64,000 nucleotides of DNA, taken from NCBI GenBank assembly GCA_000004695.1, contig CM000153.2:3968001-4032000 (forward strand). The letters are read 5' to 3'. Positions 56,859-64,000 of this stretch are shown piece by piece. The notes under the pieces are model-generated. The model was not told where the DNA came from. It did no database searches and worked only from the letters and a program-made list of their open reading frames with translations. Within the stretch, counting starts at the first letter, position 1, and each line of letters starts with the position of its first letter. The translations under genes were made by a program, and so were the position numbers. Origin of the DNA: Dictyostelium discoideum (taxonomy: Eukaryota).

Positions 56859-57992
56859 CTTCCTTCTTCATCTCAACAATCAAATAATAATAGGAAAATT
56901 CAAATTAGACCAAGAGGTATGCATGTTATTTATTTACCATTTGCAGATGATATTAGATATCCAAATAATATTGGTGTTAAAAGTGATGGATTAGAGATTA
57001 AACAAGAAAATATTGATAAAGCAAAGAATATTATTAAAATGATGAAAATTAAATTTGATGAAAAGAAATTTGTAAATCCTGGACTTCAAAAACATTATGC
57101 TTCTTTACAAGCTATTGCATTGGAAAGAGATAAAGTTGAAGAAACTGTTGATAATATTCAACCAGATAGAAAATTAATTGAAAAGGTTATTGATACCACT
57201 CAAGATTTTAGTGATGGTATATTCCCAGTTGGTTATGCTTCGACTGTTTCCTCGGCAACTTCTTCTACCTCATCCTCTTCTGCAAAACGTTTAAGAGACG
57301 GTAAAGATTTATCTACAATGGATTGGCCTGATATGGTAAAGAGTGGTGAAATCATTAAATTGACAGTAGACGATTTAAAATCATTTTTATCAAATCAAAA
57401 TATTAAACCAAGTTCAAAAGCAAAAAAAGCAGATTTAATAGATTTAATCTCAAATTTAATTTCTGGTGGTAATTTTAAACCAGATAAATTACATCTTTTG
57501 AAAAAGGATTCACCTCCTTTATCTGATAATACAATAACAACAAATGGTGGTGATGACGATGATAATAATAGACCATCTAAAAAAGTTAAATCAACTTCAA
57601 CCTCAACTACTGCCTCCAAAAATACCTCTTCTTCTTCTCCACCTCTTGTTTCTGCTGCAACAATGAATAAAAAAGCTCCTCCAAAGAAAAGTTTTTCAGT
57701 AAAAGATAAAAATAGTAGTAATAATAGTAGTGGTGGTAGTAGTAAAGCAAATGTTAATGACGAATTTGATATCGATTTTAAAAATAGTGATCAAGATGAT
57801 GATACAGATAACGAATCCGATGTAAATAATAAAGCCACCACTTCAACCACTACAATAACTACTACAACAGCAGCCCCAAAGAAAAACAACTTTGTCAATA
57901 ATGGTATGTTTGATACTAGGGAATTATGTAAATATGGTAAAAACTGCTATCGTACAAATAAACAACATCTTGATGAATATAGACATCAATAA
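55180..57992 (+). CDS. ku70: Ku70 (XRCC6) homolog with SAP domain and a C-terminal PBZ zinc finger. Two exons, 55180..55551 and 55635..57992, about 909 aa.
   Basis: RDCIIFLIDASKAMFE matches human Ku70 RDSLIFLVDASKAMFE. FENIYVLSDLDIP matches FKNIYVLQELDNP. RIFLFTNEDNP is also conserved. A SAP-like motif reads LTVDDLKSFLSNQNIKPSSKAKKADLIDLI. The terminal CKYGKNCYRTNKQHLDEYRH fits the PBZ pattern C-x-YG-x2-C-x-R-x-N-x2-H-x3-F/Y-x-H. Confidence 0.85.
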
Positions 57993-58031
57993 AATATTAT
58001 TAAACTTTATAAATTGCTACATATGACACTA

Positions 58032-58064
<33 letters not shown>

Positions 58065-58105
58065 CTCTTAATTTTATTTACAACTTTATTTTTTTAAAAA
58101 TACTT

Positions 58106-58533
58106 TTAATGCATTTGAACTGCAAATTGTTCTCTAATTTTCTTTTCATTCTTCTTTTTTTGTGATAATCTCTTTGCAACTTTTTTCCTATCTTGTTGTT
58201 TTTCATTTTCTTTTTGTATATTTGATTGAATAATATCTCTCTTTTTTTGTGCTGCTCTTGATTCTGATGATACAATAGTTTTCTTTCTTAACAATTTTAA
58301 ATTCTCTTCTAAAATTTTATCTTGATCCACTTTTTGTTTAATAACTTTATCTAAAATAAAATTTTAAAATTTATATAAGTAAAAAAAATAAAAATAAAAA
58401 TAATAATAATAATAGTAAAATATATATGAAAATATTTACCAAGTGGTGATTTCAATTTTTGAAATCTTTTATTTACTCTTAATTCTTCTCCATTTAAAAC
58501 TTTTAATTGTTGTTTGATTACTTTATTTGACAT
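58106..58533 (-). CDS. Small lysine-rich coiled-coil protein. Two exons, 58533..58440 and 58350..58106, about 112 aa.
   Basis: Two short minus-strand ORFs join in frame through a GTAAAT..TTTTAG intron. The product is basic (KKRDIIQSNIQKENEKQQDRKKVAKRLSQKKKNEKKIREQ) and may be a Cgr1-like nucleolar protein. That assignment is speculative. Confidence 0.45.
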
Positions 58534-58601
58534 TTTATTTAATTAATAAATATATAAAAAAAAATTTCCCCAAGACAAAAATAAAAATTAAAATTTCTTT
58601 C

Positions 58602-58651
<50 letters not shown>

Positions 58652-58983
58652 TTCCAAATTAATCATATATTTTATCTTTATAATTAAATTCACAATCTTG
58701 TTGTTAATTTATAGATAATTTATCTCAAGATCTTTCAATAATTCTGAAATATATAAAAAGAATAAAAAAATAAAAAAAAATAAAAATAAAAAAATAATAA
58801 TAAAATAAAAATAAAAATTAAAGGATAATTTTGATTAATATATTACTAGCTTCAGTTTTAATTAAATAAATTAATACAAATATTTTATGTTGTTTTATTT
58901 ATTTATTTTAAATACATTAAAAATTTTATTTTATTTTATATTATTTTATTAGGTTTGGAAAAAAAAAATATAATATTTATTTA

Positions 58984-59055
58984 AATAAATAATAAAATAA
59001 AATAAATAAAATAAAATAAAATAAAATAAAATAAAATAAAATAAAATAAAATAAA
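58984..59055. repeat. (AAAAT)n-type microsatellite of about 14 units
   Basis: Read directly. Confidence 0.85.
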
Positions 59056-59319
59056 TTGAAAAAAAAAAAAATGAAAATGAAATTAAACAATTGAATTTTA
59101 ATTTAGAGAAAGGTATTAAGGATAAAATGGATTTTTTTTATTTTTTTAAAAAAAAACTAATAATCTTTATTTTCTTTTAAAAAGTAATTCTAAATTATGT
59201 GTTATAAATAGTTTTTAAATAATTGACTCTAATTAAATCATAGGAATTAAAAATTATAAAACTATAAAAATTGGTTAAATAAACCCAAAAAATAAAAAAA
59301 AATAAAAAAATTGTTGGTA

Positions 59320-59362
<43 letters not shown>

Positions 59363-59517
59363 AAGGTATCACAGCCCAAATTCTTTGGATTTTTTTTTTT
59401 TTTTTATAAAAGGAAAAATAAAATAAATAAAAAAATAAATAAATAAAAAAAGACCGGTCGTTTTTTTTTTTTAAAGTTTTTTTTTTTAATTTGGTTTAAA
59501 AAAAAAAACAAATTTTG

Positions 59518-59551
<34 letters not shown>

Positions 59552-60845
59552 CAAAACCAAATTTTTTCATTTTTTTTTTTTATTTTTGGGTTTCTGTTTT
59601 AAATTTTTTTATTTTTATACATTTGTTGATTTAAAAATTCACTCATATATTTATTTATTATTTAGAGAAGATACATTGTATTTTTATAAAGGCTATTAAT
59701 TGGTAGGTTTAATTTTGGTTTTCATTTTTCATATAAACATGGTTTTGGTTTTTTTTTTTTTTTTTTTTTCCTTCACAATCTTTGATTCCATCGATAAAAA
59801 AAAAATCAAATAGGTTATATTTTTTTTTCTTTGTGCCAATCTCATTCAAACCCATCAAAAATATATTAAATTTTTTTTTAAAAAAAAAAGAAAAAAAAAA
59901 ATCCTTCATGTTTGTGCTTCTGTTGGGGGTGAAGAAAATAATAATAATAATAATAATATTAATAAAAATAATAATAATAATAATAATAATAATAGTAACC
60001 AAAAAAAAAAAAATTTTGGTTGTTGGGAGGGGCTATCCGAACACATAGATTCTTCAAATCCATTTTTTTTTTTTTTTTTTTTTATTGGGAAAATTTTTGG
60101 TAAAAAAAAAAAAAAATTAAAAATAAAAATAATCACAAATATCCACACCCCCAAAAAAAAAAAAATCATAAAAACACACAAAAAGACGGTTCTTTCATTG
60201 ATAACTCCACCACACACACAAAAATAAAAAACAGTACACACAGTTGAAAAAAAAAAATATATTTTTATATTGTGAGTAGTTTGTTTTTTTGACTATAGAA
60301 ATATTGAAGAATGGTTTCATCTCATCTTTTTTGAAATATATAAACACAAAACACATTCATAATACACACACACACAACATTAACAAAAAAATAAAAATAA
60401 TAAAAAAATAAAACAACAATAATAATAAAAATAATAATAATAAAAACAAAAAATAAAATAATAAATTGTAAAAAAAAATCCAACACTAACATAAAATTTT
60501 ATTATCATTTTCCAAATTTTAGATCTTCACAATAATATATAAATATATAATTAAACCAAACCGAAAGATATACTTCCCACAAAATAAATAATAAATTGTA
60601 ATAATAGTAATATTTTTAAATATATTAATAAAAAAATAAAAATAAAATAAAAAATAAAAATAAAAATAAACATATAAAATAAAAATAAAAATAACAATTA
60701 AAAAAAAAATAATAATAATAAAATAACAAAAATAATAAAAATAATAAATAAAAAAAAATAATAATCTATACTAAAAATAATAATATAAATACATATATAA
60801 AAGAGAATAAAATAAAATAAAAATAAATATTTTTTTTTTTTTTAA

Positions 60846-60899
<54 letters not shown>

Positions 60900-60902
<3 letters not shown>

Positions 60903-62282
60903 ATAAGTAGTTTTTTAAAAAAGTCAGAAAAAGAATATACAGAAGAAGAGATTAAAATTGAATCAAGGTTATTACATAAGAATGTAAAGGAAGGAAATGT
61001 TAAACAAGTGAAGAAACTTTTAGGTAAAAAGGGTAAATTAATTATAAATACCGTCGATGATTTGGATCAATCATCATTGATGATAGCAGCAAGAAACAAT
61101 AATTTGGAAATGTTTGAATTGGTATTATCACATTATAAAATTTGTAAGGTAGATATAAATATACCAGACAAGAATGGGTATACATGTTTACATCATTTCC
61201 TCTCGATGACCGATATTGATATACGTATGATTTACATTCTATTGGAATGTGAAGATATTCATGTCAATGTGAACAATCGTGATTTGAATACACCATTTCA
61301 TTATTTCTGTCAAAAGTTTCGTGCACAAAATAATGGTCAATTAAAGGAGGTTTTCGATATACTCATTAAAAAAGGTGTGAATGTCAATGCCATCAATAAG
61401 AATGGTGAATCACCACTCCACAAAGCAATTTTCAATACTACAGTGGCTCAAGGTATGATTACATTACTCTTGGAGAATAAATCCAATGTGAATATAGTCA
61501 ATAAGAATGGTGAGTCACCACTTCACTATTGCGTTAGAATGGGTCGTGCCGATTTGGTTTCCATACTTCTTCAATATGGCGCCGATCGTAGTGCCGTCGC
61601 CAAAGATAATAAACCACTCTATCAAATTGCAATCGATGAAAACTTTACAAAGTTAGCCGATCTTCTTAGAGAGGGTGGTGATATGTCAAAGATTTCCGAT
61701 GGTGCCTCCACTGAACTTTTATCTCTTCTTCAAAATCCAACACTTCGTGAAGACTTTAGGAAGTTTTTAAGAGAAGAATTAATCTGTGAAGAGAATATAA
61801 ACTTTTATACTGACGTTGAAGCTTACAAATACTTAAAGGTTGATTACAATAGATTACTCAAAGAATTCTATAGAATATATGAAAAATACATTATCGATGA
61901 TTCACCTTGTGAAATTAATGTTCCCTACTCTATAAAGTATAATATTTTAAATTTTAAGAAAACACTACCTTCCGTTGAATTATTAAGTGGTGGTAGTAGT
62001 ATGAGTCTAGATAAAATTCATTCAAGTCAAAGTAATAATAGTATTTGTAGTAGCAATAGTAATGAAAACATTTGTAATAGTAATAATAATAGTAGTTTAA
62101 GTATTGGTAATGGTAATAATAGTGGAAGTACTTTTAGTAGTAATAATAGTTTAGGTAGTGGTATAAGTAGTGCCAATTCTTCTTTTTGTTTACCAAATAA
62201 TTCACCCTCTCCTTCTTCTATGACTGTAACTGTAACTGATACTGATAATTTAAATAATAATAATACCAATAATAACAATAAT

Positions 62283-62364
<82 letters not shown>

Positions 62365-62537
62365 GTCAACAATCATCACCCTCTTCATCAACTCCATCTT
62401 CACCAATTATTTCTGGTAATAATTTGGATGTTGAAAAACTTCAATCAATTTTTAATATTGCTCAACATCACATTTTTAATTTAATGGCAAGTGATTCTCT
62501 TGCAAAATATAAAAAAAAATCATTTTTAAATAAATAA
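60900..62537 (+). CDS. Ankyrin-repeat plus RGS-domain protein, 545 aa
   Basis: ANK repeats include GYTCLHHF, GESPLHKAIFN and GESPLHYCVRMGRADLVSILLQYGAD. The RGS domain is LLQNPTLREDFRKFLREELICEENINFYTDVEAYKYL...EFYRIYEKYIIDDSPCEINV. The C-terminus has poly-Asn and poly-Ser. Confidence 0.75.
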
Positions 62538-63567
62538 TCTATGTTTTAATTTTTGTTTCTCTTTTTTTTTTTTTTTTTTTTGTTAAAGAAAAAAAAAAAA
62601 AAAAAAACACACATATATTTTAAAATAAAATCTTTTTTTTTTTTTTTTCCCTTTGTAATATTTCTTTAAAAAAAAAATAAAATAACAATAATATTGTAAA
62701 GTCCTGTAAAACTTGTGCAATATTGCAATTACAAAATAATTGACATATTTTGAAAATAATAATAATAGTAACAAATAATTTATTAATTTTTTTTAAAAAA
62801 AATTTATTTACAAATAATTCTTATAAAATAAATGTTTTGCCATCACAATATTATTAAAAAATTAAACCACTTTGTTGATCCCCTTAAATGGTATAATTAA
62901 AAAATTTTAGTATCGAAACCCAGGCAAATTGGCTCAAATATTTCGAAAGTGCAAAATTCACCATTCATTAAATTGTAAATTAAAAATCCAAATTTAAAAT
63001 CTAACAATGTGTAAATTAAATAATAAATTTTGATCAGGAATATAAATTATGTTTATAAATAAACATCAATTAATTTATTAATTTAATTAATAAAAAAATT
63101 GAAATAAGAAACAACCAACAGCATTTTCATTTTTTAAAAAAATAACTTTTATTTTATTATTTCAATAAAAAAAAAAAGTTTATATTTTTTTGTTTGATTT
63201 TATTTTTATTTTTATTTTTTATTTTTTATTTTTTTATTATTATTAATTTACTTTAAAAATATGATTAATTATTTATCTAGTTATTAATTTTTTTTTCCAT
63301 TTTTAAAATTAGTTTATTTGGCTTGAGAAAAATTAATTTTTTTTGATTACCTAAACATATTTTGTTGTGAAAATTTAATTTTTTGATTTGGTTGAGAAAA
63401 ATAAAATTGTTTTTTTTTTTTTTTTTTTTTTTTTTTTGGAACGAAAACGTTAACGAAAAAAAAAAACAATTTTTTTTTTTTCAAAATATTTGAAAACTTT
63501 TTTTATATACGAAAAATTTTCAACATTTTTTTTTTCCTTTTTCTTTTCTCCATCATACACACATACA

Positions 63568-64000
63568 ATGACTAGTGAAGTTGCATTATTTGGTAAATGG
63601 TGAGTCTCTGTCAAAATTGACACAGAATATATAGGTTGAATGTAGATTTTATCAAATATAATTCAAGTTATTTCAAAGATTGATACAACTGATGATAGAT
63701 TGGATTATAGAATGTTGATTATAGATATATGTTAGAAGAATAAACAGAAACTATGACAAATCAAACAATCCAACAACCTAAACAAAACAAAATAAATAAA
63801 AACAAATATTAATACTTAATTCTAAATAATAAAAATAAAATAATATAATATAAATAGGTCATACTCTGGCGTTACTTGTCCAGATATCTCCTTACAAGAT
63901 TACATCTGCGTTAAAAAGAATGTCTTCACTCCACATTCAGCAGGTAGATACAACAAAGTTAGATTCAGAAAGGCCCAATGCCCAATTGTTGAACGTCTTG
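63568..64000 (+). CDS. rps5: 40S ribosomal protein S5 (uS7), 5' part. Exon 1 is 63568..63599 and exon 2 starts at 63858 and runs off the window.
   Basis: The joined exons read [11 protein letters not shown]|[20 protein letters not shown]...[22 protein letters not shown]. Human RPS5 reads [25 protein letters not shown]...[22 protein letters not shown]. The intron is GTGAGT..AAATAG. Confidence 0.9.

Noticed and set aside
59709-60241. ORFs of 97, 88 and 111 aa in the 58.5-60.9 kb interval
   Set aside because: Poly-I, poly-K and poly-L translations of AT-rich simple sequence.

Overview
The window reads as nuclear genomic DNA from a Dictyostelium-type social amoeba, most likely D. discoideum. The evidence is about 75-80% A+T, very long poly(A)/poly(T) tracts, (AAT)n and (CAA)n codon repeats giving poly-Asn and poly-Gln, and short AT-rich GT..AG introns with GTAAGT or GTATGT donors. 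It is a dense gene neighbourhood of about 24 protein-coding genes on both strands plus one tRNA-Lys(UUU) gene with a downstream external B box. No prokaryotic-style system and no CRISPR array is present.

Products recognised from conserved motifs are PEX5, MCM9, a cAMP-receptor-like GPCR beside an internally deleted tandem copy, a T4 Rnl1-family RNA ligase, a CorA/Alr1 Mg2+ transporter, a KCTD9-like BTB plus pentapeptide-repeat protein, GWT1/PIG-W, a ZIP transporter, Leo1, a CAP/PR-1 domain fused to a papain-like domain whose catalytic Cys is replaced by Gly, adenosine kinase, asparagine synthetase, a GH5 endoglucanase, an ankyrin protein, Ku70 with a C-terminal PBZ finger, an ankyrin-RGS protein, and the 5' end of rps5.

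Several gene models needed short exons that the ORF track misses. These are PEX5, MCM9, GWT1, Leo1, asparagine synthetase, Ku70, the ankyrin protein and a three-exon membrane protein.

The most interesting items are a ubiquitin-like domain fused to a PARP-like ADP-ribosyltransferase-fold domain, the CAP-pseudoprotease fusion, the stand-alone Rnl1-type ligase with a duplicated 3' end, the cAMP-receptor-like duplicate that has lost its central transmembrane block, a triple 70-bp tandem repeat and a roughly 230-nt A tract upstream of the tRNA, and several homopolymer-stutter segments that look like assembly or sequencing artefacts.

All coordinates were derived by hand from the printed sequence. 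No database search was run.
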